From contig NC_045698.1 in NCBI RefSeq assembly GCF_009834535.1, forward strand, positions 2,606,001-2,670,000: 64,000 bases of DNA, in the 5' to 3' direction. Position numbers and translations under genes: made by a program. Shown here piece by piece: positions 49,561 through 61,530 of this stretch (position 1 is its first letter; the number at the start of each line of letters is the position of its first letter). The notes below the pieces were generated by a model. The model was not told the origin of the DNA, made no database searches, and saw nothing but the letters and a program-made list of their open reading frames with translations. The stretch comes from Camelus ferus (taxonomy: Eukaryota).

Positions 49561-52199
49561 TGAAATAGTAAGCAAACACCCTTTCTGGGAAAGAGCAGCA
49601 CTTTATCACGCCGGCTCCGGCTTCGCTGGAAAAAGCCCTTGCAAACCCTGGAACCATTTCCCTGAGCGCACGCAGCGCCCTGGCCCCTCCCCGCGTGGGG
49701 CGCGGCCGCGTGGCCTGCAGCCCCCTCTCTGCCCAAAAGCCTGACCCTTACTCGTTTCTCGGGCTCCTGAAGCACCCAGGCCTCTTTAATTTACTCGTCC
49801 GTCCTGCAGGGTGGAGCGTTTGGGAAGGAGCCGAGATTTATTAAAAACTTAACTGTCATTTTATTGCCATGTTTACCCATCAGGCTTCAGAAGTCAGCAC
49901 CCCAGCACCTCCGCCAAGGGCTGTCACCGCGGCTCGGCCTTTAGATTTAGGATCCAAAGCGACTAAGTTTCATTTGCACCTTTTTTTGTTTCACTTACTC
50001 CCCTTGGTGGTATTTTACTTTCGTTTTCTTTGCAGATTTAGTATCTGCGTCCTAAGAAGAGTTCTTAATAAATGACAGACAAGTGCCATGTTAAAGGCAC
50101 AAAGTTCTGTCAAACTCCAATTAACAGCACTTTCCGGGTTATTTGAAATGAAGCTACAGAGTGTATTTTAGTGAGTTGGAAAGAAGGGGGACCCAGTCTG
50201 GAACGCAGAAGAAGGGGTGAGAAGGGGCGTGGAGGAGTCAGAAGCCCCCTTCAAGGCATCGGGAAAGTGGGAGGGCAGCCACAGGGTCCCCGAGTGCTGA
50301 CCCCCAAAGAGAAGTGTGGGGACGAGCTCAGCCCCTGTCAGGAGGCATGAGTGGGGGCGGGTGGAGGCTTTGTGATGGAGAGGCTGATGGGAGACAGACT
50401 GAGATGCAGGGAGAGGCACTGGTAGCCGCGCCTCTCCCCAAAGCCCCTTACAACTGGGAAATGCCCGGAGATCTTCGTTCTCAGGGAGATGGTGGTAAAT
50501 AAAGGCTTTTAGGAGCCCTCCGCCCCCCTGGGGAAGTTTGCCCACAGTTTGACAGTTTGCTATTTTAATTGAGAACAGAAAGCGAGTGCAGAATCCAAGA
50601 TCTCAGGGAAAAGAGGAAGTTTGTCCAAAATCACCTCCCCTTGGTCTTTAAGCTGGAGGTGCCGGGGCGCGGCGGCTGCAGGCAGTGGCGTCTGTGCTGA
50701 CGCTGGCCGGGCAGAAGCGGGACCCCTCCCCACACAGCCCTCTCTCCGTGGCACATTCGCTTCCATTGTTTGAGCTTAAGAAGAGGCTCCAAGAAAGCTT
50801 TTGATGAGAGGGGAAAACGTATTTTCACACCTACTGCAGTGCCCTGGTTCCTGCCTTCCTGGTCCCAGCCAGGGGATTGCGCAGAACACGGGGTAGAGGG
50901 GGCTTTTTTTAGGTAATTCACAGCCCAGACCGAGCCTGACACCGTCCATGTATTTAGAGTTACTGGGAAGGCAGAGCGAACACATTGCCTTATTAAAACC
51001 CACTTGGACCCTTGAAGGCATCCATCAAATTTCAGGGTCATGGTAGTAAGAGTCTTCTCCTCTCAATTATTCTGATTCCCGGACGAGACACTCAGGAGGA
51101 CATCACTCGTGCACAGCCCCCAGCGCGGGCTCTCAGCGGGGGAAGGGAAGGGCTTTCCATCTGTGTTTTGGGGGAGGTTTGTGGTCAGTCATCACCTCAG
51201 CATGGGAGTGAACACACAGAGCAAAGACTGGTTGCTGGAGGTAATAACTGCCCAGAGAGCCCGGCTTCCTTGTAGAAAACAGGTTAAAATGCTAGTATTT
51301 AGTAACACTGCCGACCGGCTCCAGTCAGCAGATCCAGCGTGGTGCCAAAGACGCTGGCCTTCCGCTGAAGGCGCTGAGGACTGGGGCTGGGGGATGAGGG
51401 GCATTAATAGTCGGTCCACAACTGTCCCCAGGCCGCCGGACTTTGCTGAACATCTGAGGACCCACTCCAAGTGTCAACACGAGTGTCCGCATGCCGGGGG
51501 CGGTGGGGTGAACCTGAGCAAATCCACTCGCGCAAATGGCCGGTCCCGCTCAGAGCGGCCCCAGATCGTTCCCCAAAGACTCCTGGACTCAAAGTCGCTT
51601 TCACAGGTTCTTAAACATAATTTTAAAACATTCATTTTCTTCAGCAATGCCTCAGGCAGCTGGGAAGACAAAACAGCACTTTAAAAAGACATTAGGTCCG
51701 TATTTACATGAAGGATCATGACAGCCTGGAAAAGCATTACTTCCTGTAAAGTATTATATATTTTAAGGATCCTTATAATTTATGTTTCAAAATTTTCTTC
51801 CTACACGTTTGCAGTTTATAATGGAAGTTTCCTGTGACATTTATAAAGGAACAGCTATGATCTGCTGGCTAAATGGTATGCAGTGTTCTATAAATTATAG
51901 TCTGCAATTTGCTCTAATGTTCAAGTATTTCTGTGAAAGATTTTTCTCCAAGAGAAACTGGAAGGAGACGTGTGGAGGTACACTCCGTTCTGACTGTGTT
52001 AACGGGGTGACGAGGACCTCACTCTCCGAGTGCTCCAGGTTGCAGACGGGAGGGTATTTATTGGTGGTTTATTCTATTAAGCCTAGGCTTTTTTTTTTTA
52101 TTTATACAGACTCGAGCCAACAACTGTAGTCATCTTAATAGATCACATCAGGCAGTATTCTTCAAATTTTGTTCAGAATAATAATGGTTAACTTAAGTC

Positions 52200-52520
52200 T
52201 CATCCCTAACTCGCGTCCTAACACTGCTTCCTTCAGCGAGCCCCCGGTTAGCTGAAGTCAGACCACTCGACTCAGGGGATTTCTCAGCTCTCGTGCAGCA
52301 AAATGTGACCATGTGACGAAGGTCTGATGAGTCACATATGTACAAGTGCTGTGTGGCAGTGTTGGGGGAACGCCCTTCACAAGAGGGGATGTATGCCCTT
52401 GGCGTCTCCTACCACTCACTTCCAGTGTGCCCCTGAAACTGGGATCTGACCATCAGAATGCCTCCTGGAACCTCTGGTGGGCCCAGCCCAGGGCAAGGAT
52501 GCTGTGAACTGTCAGCAACC
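52200..52520 (+). mobile_element. LTR33/LTR16-like ERVL LTR remnant
   Basis: 'gcagcaaaatgtgaccatgtgacgaaggtctg...aagtgctgtgtggca...ccttcacaagagggg'. Confidence 0.45.
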
Positions 52521-52527
52521 AAACCTA

Positions 52528-53105
52528 CATATACACGGTGTCTTTGTCCAGTCCTCCGTGGATGGGCATGTAGGCTGTTTCCACATCCTGGCCATTGTGG
52601 ATAACGCTGCAATGGACACAGGGGTGCAGATGTCTCTTTGAGATCCTTATTTAATTTCCTTTGGATATAGACCCAGAAGTGGGATTAGCCAGACCCAGAA
52701 AAGAAAACACTGCATGGCCTCACTTATAGGTGGAATCTAAAAATGTTCAATTCATAGAACCAGACAGTAGAACGACCGTTTCCAGGGGGCTGAGGGGGGA
52801 GAAGCGGGGAGATGTCGGCCAAAGGGCATGCAGGTTTAGTAATGCAAGATGAGTGAGTCGGGAGGTCTAACCCACAGCCTGGTGACTGTGGTCAGTGACA
52901 CCATGCTGCGTACCTGAAATCAGCTAAGAGATTAGCCCTCAGGTGTTCTTAGCCCACACAGAAAAAGCAATGATGCAAGGAGGTGGGAATGCCAACTAAT
53001 TTGATGCAATAATCATTTTACAATAAACATGTGTATCATAGCATCATGTGTACCATAGCATCATGTGTACACCTTAGATACATACAGACAGTTTTTATTA
53101 AAAAT
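52528..53105 (+). mobile_element. 5'-inverted L1MA9-like element
   Basis: 52528-52689 is antisense ORF2-end sequence ('...tttggatatagacccagaagtgggattagc'). It joins a sense 3' UTR starting 'agccagacccagaaaagaaaacactgcatggcctcacttataggtggaatctaaaaa'. Confidence 0.88.
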
Positions 53106-53523
53106 CTCTTGTGTTCAAGCCTCATGTTACGAATTTCTATTACGCGAGTCAGCCTGACCCCAGTCCCTGTCACTCATTTGTTCCTGGTGCAGAACTTTCC
53201 CTTTTCTAGTCCTCCAGATGCGCCCGGCGTCTCTCCTCACTCTCTTGCCCCAAGTCCTGTCTCTGTCTCTCTCTCTTCTCTTCTTCATTCTCATCACCTC
53301 CCTCATAGTCCTTTCTCTCTCACAATCCTGAGACTTAACCAGTAGTAGCCCTTGACATCCCTTGATTGCAAGAGTCCAAGAAGATGGTGGAATGGAAAAC
53401 TTATTTAATGCAGCAAGTCTCTCCAAATTTACAGCCCTCTGACACATATGTAAACTTTCCTTTGAGTACTGTGCTCCTGAAGTTTGGTGTTGCTCTTTAG
53501 AAGAGATGCATTCAAAAGGAGAC

Positions 53524-55067
53524 CCTGCGATTCAGACTAGACTGCAAAGCTACATTTATCAAAATAGCATGTTACCGGCACAAAAACAGACACATAGGTC
53601 AACGGAACAGGATAGAAGGTCCATAAATAAACCCACCCACTTATGGTCAATTAATCAATGATGAAAGAGGCAAGAATATACAATGGAGAAAAGACAGTCT
53701 CTTCAGTAAGTGGTTCTGGGAAACCTGGACAGCTGCCTGTAAAAGACAAACTAGAACACCATATACTAAAATAAAATCAAAGTGAATTAAAGACCTAAAT
53801 GTAAGATCAGATACTATAAAACTCCTAAAGGAAAACATAGGCAGAACGTTCTTGAACATAAATCACAGCAATATTTTTTGATTCCATCTTTTAAAATAAA
53901 GGAAATAAAAGCAAAGATAGACAAATGGGTCCTAACTAAACTTAAAAGCTTTTGCACAGCAAAGGAGACCATTGACAAAAAGAAATGACAATATACTGAA
54001 TGGGTGAAAAAATTTCCAAATTATATGACCATTAGGGGGTTAATATCCAACATATATAAACAGCTAATACAACTCAACATCAAAACAGAAAAACAAACAA
54101 CCTGATTTAAAAATGGGCAGCAGAAGTGAATAGACATTTTTCCAAAGAGGAAATACAAATGGCCAACAAGCACAGGAAAAGATGCTCAATATCACTAACC
54201 ATCAGAGAGATGTAAATCAGAAAGCACAATAAGACGTTCATTGTCTCACGTCTGTCAGAACGGCCATCGTCAAAAAGAACACAAATAGCAAATGTTGGTA
54301 GGATGTGGAGAAAAGAGAACCCTCTTACACTGTTGGTGGGAATGTAAATTGGTGCAGCCACTGTGGAAAACAGTAAGGAGGTTTTTGAAACTAAAAATAG
54401 AACTACTGTATGACCCAGCAATTCCACTCCAAGGTGCATAGCTGAAAACAAACAAACAAACAAAAAAACTAATTAGAAAAATTTCTTGCATTCCCATGTT
54501 CATAGCAGCATTATTGTTATTTACAATTGCCAAGACATGGAAACAACCTAAGCGTCCATCAACCAATGACTGGATAAAGCAGACGTGGTATGTGTGTGTG
54601 TGTATATATATATAATGGAATCCTACTCAGCCATAACAAAGGACGAAATTTTTGCCATTTGCAGAAATATGGGTGGATTTGGGGGGCATTATGCTCAGTG
54701 AAATAAGTGAGACAGAGAAAGACAAATACCGTATGGTATCACTTATATGTGGAATCTAAAAACTACAACAAACTAGTGAATATAACAGAAAACAAGCAGA
54801 CTCACAGATGTGCAAAACAAACTACTCATGGCTACCCTTGTGGAGAGGGCAGTGGGGAGGGGCAGCATGGGGTAGGGGACTAAGAAGGACAAAGTATCAG
54901 GTGCAAAACAAGCTACAAGGATATATTGTACAGCACAGAGAGTACAGCCAATATTCTATAACACCTATAAATGGAGTATAACTTTAAAAAAGAACTATAA
55001 ACCCCTATATTGTACACCTGTAACATAATTTTGTACAGCACCTATACTTCAATAAAATTTTTAAAAA
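53524..55067 (+). mobile_element. 5'-truncated cetartiodactyl L1 (about 1.5 kb; disrupted ORF2 3' part plus 3' UTR)
   Basis: 'ggcacaaaaacagacacatag', 'aaacttaaaagcttttgcacagcaaagga', 'cactgttggtgggaatgtaaattggtgcagccactgtggaaaacag', terminal 'tatacttcaataaaa'. Confidence 0.95.
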
Positions 55068-56780
55068 GAGGTGGTTAGTAAATTAACCTAGACTTTAAAA
55101 AAAAATGGACAGCAAAACCCCAGTCCCTGGACTTAAAGAACCTGGGCACCCAGGCTGTTGACCGTGACGTGTCACCTATGACCTGGACAGGGCTTCAGGA
55201 AGCAGTTACAGTCCCCCCACCCCCAGCTCCTGACTGTACTGAGCAGAACAGCCCACACGTATGGAATAAGGCACCCGCAATCCCACCACCTGGAATATGC
55301 ATGTCACACTCACGTTCCAAAATGCTTGTGTCCTCCTAGAAGCTCTCTAAAACGGACGGTTTTCTTCTCGTGTGTCTCCCACTGATGGGCACTCAGAAGG
55401 GGGACTGGCCGTGGGTCACTGGGTGTCTGTGCTCTGCTTCTGATTTATTGGCAAATGTTGTTTGAACAAGAAATAGAGAGGTGTGCACCCCTGAATCTGT
55501 ATGTTTGTTGATAGTTGTACACAATTTCTACATCTGTTTTCTATTCTTCCACAACCAACATTTTAGCAGAGCTCTCGTCTGTAAAATCCAAGAAAAAACT
55601 CACACATTCGTGGGCAGGACCAGGAGCGGAGGGCCCGACCGAGGCTCCATGAGGATGGCGGCTGGCTCTCCTCCGCCGCTGTGTCTACAGCTCCAAGCCT
55701 CTAGGGTGCAGAGTGGGTTCCCAAGAGACCTCTGTTCAGTGAACTGATACCTGGATGGATGAAACAGTCCCACCAGCCTGCCAGCTTTATCATACATTAG
55801 ACAGTAGTGAAAAAGACAAAATTCAGATGAACTGGATTGATTCGGCCTCGATCAGAGCTGACTTACTGATGTCTCAGTACCTAAATGATAAAAGTCGTTT
55901 TCAAACACAAACAGAACTGGAAGCAGAATTAGGCACCTAACTGGATTCACAATTGCCACTGGATTCTGGAAACTCTCAGGGGTGGAGACAGAAGTCACTT
56001 TGTTATAAATTCAAAAAACAGAAGTTCTTCTACCGTGAACGTCGCGCCTGGCGCATCAGTGGATTCAGATGTAGAACTATTCCTTCTTACCTTTTTGTTT
56101 TTCTTGCCAAATTTTGAGAAAATAGTTAGCTAAAAATTGCTGTGATTATTTTAAAACCAGAATGAAACTAGTATATGACCTGACAATTCAGGGGAGAGAA
56201 TATAGCTACAAATTTGACATGTAACAATTACAAATAGACAGTTTTCCATTAAAAATAATTCTATCAACACATAGCAATACGTTGTACGTCAATTACGTGG
56301 TCCACTAAGATTTTCTCAAAGGTAGGAATCTCAAATGCCATGACTATCTCAAAATCAGTTAGAAAAATAAAACACAAATATGAAGTGAAGAGGCAATGAG
56401 CTATGTTTGCAGTGTTTACAGAAATCCAACTCCTGAAGGATGACCCAGCCGCTCAGTGCAAAGCAGTCTTGAAGAGGTCATAGGTTACACAGAGGAGAAG
56501 CAGCTGTGGTCTTTGCTTTTGTTTCATGTTCTGTTGAGTAGGGAGAGGAGACTTGAAGATGAATTTTAAAGAGAAATGCTTGGTGCCGACAGAAATTTAC
56601 CGATAAACTGTTCAGAGGATTTGACGAGTACGGTTGAGATTGTCAGGATTCTCATAAGCAGACGCTGGGGTAACAGTAAAATTAGAACCTTAGTCAGTCC
56701 TGAAAGGATGTGAATGATTTAGACACAGACACGAGGGGCTGGGGAGGATTATAAAAAAAGACGCAGGCACTGCTGACCGT

Positions 56781-57130
56781 CATCTTAGGCTGGTCCTCCA
56801 GAAGCCGGATGAGAGGCAAGAGTCTGGGAGGTGGTCCCAGGATGAACCAGTCAGGAAGCGTGGAAGGGAGGAAGAAGGGGATGTTAACCAGCAGAGGTTC
56901 ACGGGTGCATCACTGGGAGCCCTGGGGATCCAGGCTCCAGGCGGGTCCCCAGGGAGAGAAGCTGGGGTCTCCCCTCCCACCCCCTCCGTCCTGGGATGAG
57001 CGCTGCACCTGGCTCCCGGGAGCTAGCGACACTGCCCGTCCAGCTTCCCTGGGACACAGACAGGGAAAGCCCTCGGGCAGACTGCGCCCGAGGTGGGAAC
57101 AGACTTCACCGTGGAGACCAGCTGGTGCCG
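56781..57130 (-). mobile_element. LTR16-like ERVL LTR, antisense
   Basis: 'tcttaggctggtcctccagaagc...gagaggcaaga...tgggaggtggtcccagga...accagtcagg' matches the LTR16 antisense start. Confidence 0.6.
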
Positions 57131-57689
57131 AGGGCTGACAAGCAGGACATCCTTGGGGCCGGCGATGGTCATGAACAGAAACAAAATCCAATACTTTTGG
57201 AAGGCTTACTTTTTGAAAACATAGGAAAACAACTTTTAAAAAATGAAGGGAATTTTTCATTGTTGTGCTTTAATGAAGACGCGTACTTCTGAGGATGGCC
57301 ACGTTTTCAGTCTTTATGGATTGCCTAAAACAGATTCCATGGGATCAGAATATAATGGCATAAAAAATTTCACCTAAATCTGACAGAAATTTACAGACTC
57401 TGAACCCTTTACATCATAGACAGCATAGAATGTAAAAGTTACCAGGTTTGGAAAAACTCAGGGGGCCATGACCCATCATCAGAAGGGAAAAAAAAATCGA
57501 CAGCACACCCACAGAAGACAGAGGCGCTGGGGGAGCCGTCGTTCTCAGGCTGCGGCGCTCACGGGGAGGAGGTAGGCAGCACTGGCAAGCAGAGAAGAAA
57601 TCCTAGGAGAGAAATGCAAACTGTTTTGGCAAAAAGTAAAACACTTTATGGTGACCTAGAAATCCCCATTTGGCAACTCAGAATTAGCC

Positions 57690-58030
57690 ATTCATTTGCC
57701 CAGAGACGTGGAGCCTGAGGCCACCCTGTGCAGAAGATTACTCGGGACCGTGGGACGTGGGGCTGTCGGACAGTTCACATTCTGATGGGAAGACATCTAA
57801 CATATAAGTGTGTAAATGTGAAGCACAGTGTCAGGCAGTAACTGCATGCGCCGTAGGGAAAATAGACAGGGTGACGGGGCAGAGGCCGTCGAGGGGTGCC
57901 GCTTCGCGCCGCGAGCTCCTGCAGGCAGAAGGAGCCTCCCGCCCGGGAGCGTCGGCCAGCGTGGGAGCCTGCTGCCGGGAAAGGCAGAAAGCCACGGGCA
58001 GAGCTGGGCCAACGGCGGGGCCCCAGAATT
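57690..58030 (-). mobile_element. L2 fragment, antisense, GC-shifted
   Basis: 'ttcacattctgatgggaagaca...tgtcaggcagtaactg...gggaaaatagacagggtga'. Confidence 0.5.
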
Positions 58031-58735
58031 AGCCCTGAGCTATTGAGGCGGAGGGGCCCCTCGGTCTCCTCCTCACATAGCCCGCTTACGTCTTTTGTCC
58101 ACTGCGGGACTGGGCAGAGGGCAGCATCCATCCTCTTTCCCATTCAGGCCAGGGGAGCCCTGGGCAGAGCCAGCACATCAGGGAGACGTGCCCTGCAAAG
58201 TCAGTTATGTGAAAAAGGACGGAGGGAAACGTGCGCAGTGTCTTGTCGTGACCCAGGCCAGGGAGGGGCCAGTTCTCTTATTAAAGCACAGGTCTGTTAG
58301 TTTACAAGAAATAGGGTCAAGGCCATTACCTTTTGTCTTGCTCCAAAAAAGGTTTTTTCATGGAAAACAGATGTAGGTCTTTGGAAGGGAATTCATCTTT
58401 ACGATAAAAAGAGGTGTTTGATTTCAAGCATTTTGGAGTAATGTGGGCTAAGCTAAGAATGAAAGTGTCTCCCAAATTCTCAGGAGACCAAATCTTTTCT
58501 CCCTGCCCTTCCCTGCCCTGCCTGCTCCAACACACAAGCACACGCAGGGCCTCCCATCACCGCAGCCCCCAAATTATGCCAGAGGTAAGACCAGATCCTG
58601 GAGATGAAGATCAGTTACTGCCTGGAAGGGACAGATGTGTGGGGGCCTTAGGTCCCAGGATGGGAGAAGCATGAAAAGAAAAAGGGAGGAAGGAGAGGAG
58701 GAGAGGACGCGCATGTGGGGGGGAGGTGCGCACAT

Positions 58736-58773
58736 GCACACACACACACACACACACACACACCATACACACA
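58736..58773. repeat. (CA)n microsatellite
   Basis: Read directly. Confidence 0.95.
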
Positions 58774-59179
58774 ATATGAAGATCAAGGGATGACGAGAAT
58801 ATAAACTGAGCTGTCCTCGTCTTCCCCCATACAAGTCCTCACCAGCTATGTTTGTAACCGAGCAGGACCCTATTGTCATCAAGGACCATCTGAAATCTGC
58901 AATGTTGTTTGCAACTGCTTAGCTCTACAATGGTTTAAAGGGTTTTTCTCACACTCTTGCTGAGCAGGGTTGGGCTGGAGAGGAGAGAGTTTTGTGGTCC
59001 ACCAACCGCCTCCTGGTGCTGAGTGAAGGGTCATGCTCAGTGCCCTGTTTTTGCCCCCAGCACCCTGCTCCTGACCCCAGTGCCCTCCTCTTGACCCCTT
59101 GTGATTTCCTTGTATCCTGTTGTTTGAGGGGAAGACCTCAGCTTGCTTAAAAGGCTAGAAACTTATCAACCTGACTTTA

Positions 59180-59336
59180 TTTTTTATTTAAAAAAAAACT
59201 TTTTTTTTTTTGTGGAGGGAGGTAATTAGGCTTATTTATTTACTTTTTTTGTTTGTTTTCTTTTTATGGAGGTACTGGGGATTGAACCCAGGACCTCATG
59301 CATGCTAAGTACACACTGAGCTATACCCTCCCCACC
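59180..59336 (-). mobile_element. Camelid tRNA-derived SINE (vic-1-like)
   Basis: Minus strand reads ggggagggtatagctcagtg..cttagcatgcatgaggtcctgggttcaatccccagtacctcc (A/B boxes) plus an A-rich tail. TSD atcaacctgacttta (59165-59179) / atcaacctgagctta (59337-59351). Confidence 0.9.
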
Positions 59337-60600
59337 ATCAACCTGAGCTTAAGCTGCACAAGTTTCTCTCTAGAGCCCTTTTCCACAGAGCCCCTTCCTA
59401 AGCATCCTTTGTTCTAGGAACAAGAACATTAAGAGGGTCCCAAAGCCAGAGGCGAACTTCATACCCAGCAGAGGGACCTGCCAGTGGGATGTGAGCTGAA
59501 ATGGCTGATGAGAAAGAAAAGGTTAAAACAAGAAGGAGCCATTTGAATCTTAGCCAGAAGTGTTTTCATGTCTGCCTGGGGTGAATGGAGAATTACCACC
59601 AGGAGAACATCTGAGATGTTCTTGGCAAGGAGATTCCCAGGTCTCCATGTGAGCCCGGCCTGAAGCAGCCCACCCCCGACACCGGTTCACCCAGCAGGAA
59701 TCTCCATCCTGAGGCCCGCCTTTGGGTCTGCTGTCTCCCTGGATGTAACTCATTTTCTGCGGCCCCTGAAGTATTGCTTTATGTCTTCCGAGTTACCTTA
59801 ACCAGAACAGAACCCAGCTGCTTAGTGGCTTCCGTCTGCATCCGTGCTGAAGCACTTTGGTGTTGTTGATGATAATGGTATCGGTGGGGCCGAGGATGAC
59901 TCATCCTACCCTCCCAGCCCCGCCCACCGTGTGTTATGGATACTGTAGAATTTATACAGTGACATCGCTCTGCTTCAGATCAGGAAGTCAGGAAACAAAG
60001 CAGAGTGTTATGAAACATGACTAATTACCATGCTGTTCTCCAAATCGCTTCATTTTGTCTTAATCGTAGGCTGGCCCCCTTGCAGAGTCCCTGACCCATC
60101 TGCTGCGTCGTGACTGTGCACGAGGAGGAGGCGGCATAGATTTAGCCGTGGGTCACAGGGCTGGGGCCCCACTTGCATGAGCAGCTCGGCTCGCCAGCCC
60201 CACCAAGCCATCTAGGTAAGGGGGTGTTTCAAGGGCTGACTGTAGCAGGGGTTTGCCACCCAAGCAAAGCCCACGGCTCCACCTGCAGTCACAGTGGGAC
60301 GCGTTCAGGAGGTGGTGCCTGTGATGACGGGGTGCTGTGCACCACTCTGGTACCTGCTGTGTGGTTGGGAGCAACACCGCTCAGTGGTGCTAAATGCTGC
60401 ATGCAGTGCTGGTCCTGCCAGAGGAGGTAACATGCCAACGTCTGCTGAAACTGCAGCTCCCTCCTAGCTGACCCAACACTCAGGCTCCCTCTGCCCTATG
60501 CAGCCACCACGTGTTGCAGGCTGAGTGAGTGCATGAACCAAAGGAGCTCTTCGCCACAGGTTTGAATGTGTAACTCTTGGAACATCTCATCATAACTTTT

Positions 60601-60791
60601 TTTTCCTTTCCTTTTTTTTTTAATTGAAATATGTTTGTTTTACAATGTGTTAGTTTCTGGTGTGCAGCGCAGTGATTCATTTATATTTATATATATACAC
60701 ACACACACACTCCTTTTCATATTGTTTTCCATTATAGGCTGTTGCAAAGTACTGAATATAGTTCCCTGTGCTGTACAGTAGAACCTTGTCT
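60601..60791 (-). mobile_element. Short cetartiodactyl L1 3' end with TSD
   Basis: Poly-T, then 'ttacaatgtgttagtttctggtgt...gaatatagttccctgtgctgtacagtag'. TSD atctcatcataactttt (60584-60600) / atctcaccacaactttt (60792-60808). Confidence 0.93.
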
Positions 60792-61269
60792 ATCTCACCA
60801 CAACTTTTTACAGCTGAAATGTGCTCTGTCACTATAACACCTTCCAGGCTGCATTTTGTTTTAGATTTTAGAAGATGATCGCTAGTGTTTGGGCTAATAG
60901 CTTCAGTTTCTGGAAACTTTTTTGCAGTGTGACATGACGTGTGTGCACAATGGATGATGATCAGGTGACATCGTGTGGGTTACAAGGCACGTTAGACGCC
61001 TTCTTAACTCAGAGAAGGACTCAGAAGAGAATAAAGGAGAACACCAGGATGCAGCTAAACATTGCTTTTTGCCCATCTAGCCTAACTTTTGAAAAGTTTC
61101 TGGCAGTCTCCTTGAAAAATTTACATACATCTTGAATGTTTGCCTGACAAATACTAGTAACCCAACATGATTGAGAATGACCTGGGTGTTAAACGTCAAA
61201 TATCGAGGTTAGTTATGGGAAATCTGACGAAACCCTAAACTTTGTTTGGAGATGGGGGGGAAGACAGCG

Positions 61270-61530
61270 TTTTCTGACATTAAAATGGCTCAGAAGCCTT
61301 TCCTCTGTCAATCAAAGATGCTCTGAATGGCCTGGAATTCATTTGCCATTAGCAGCTCCCTGGGGGCAGCAGCTAGAGCACATGCTGTTTTCAAATGTAA
61401 ATGTCTCTGGTATTTCGAACACGTGGTGAATTTTGTTTTCCATCCTCATGTATCCAAAACCACCAGCGTCTGCTGTTACCATAGCTCCTATCAAGTGGTT
61501 TTGTTAAGTACCGTAATCATGGAGAAGTAA
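61270..61530. promoter_or_regulatory. Candidate enhancer with overlapping PBX-MEIS and TCF sites
   Basis: CTGTCAATCA at 61305-61314 (TGATTGACAG on minus) overlaps ATCAAAG at 61311-61317. Confidence 0.35.

Noticed and set aside
59268..59336. Possible tRNA gene
   Set aside because: It has an incomplete D-arm, an A-rich tail and TSDs, so it is a SINE head.
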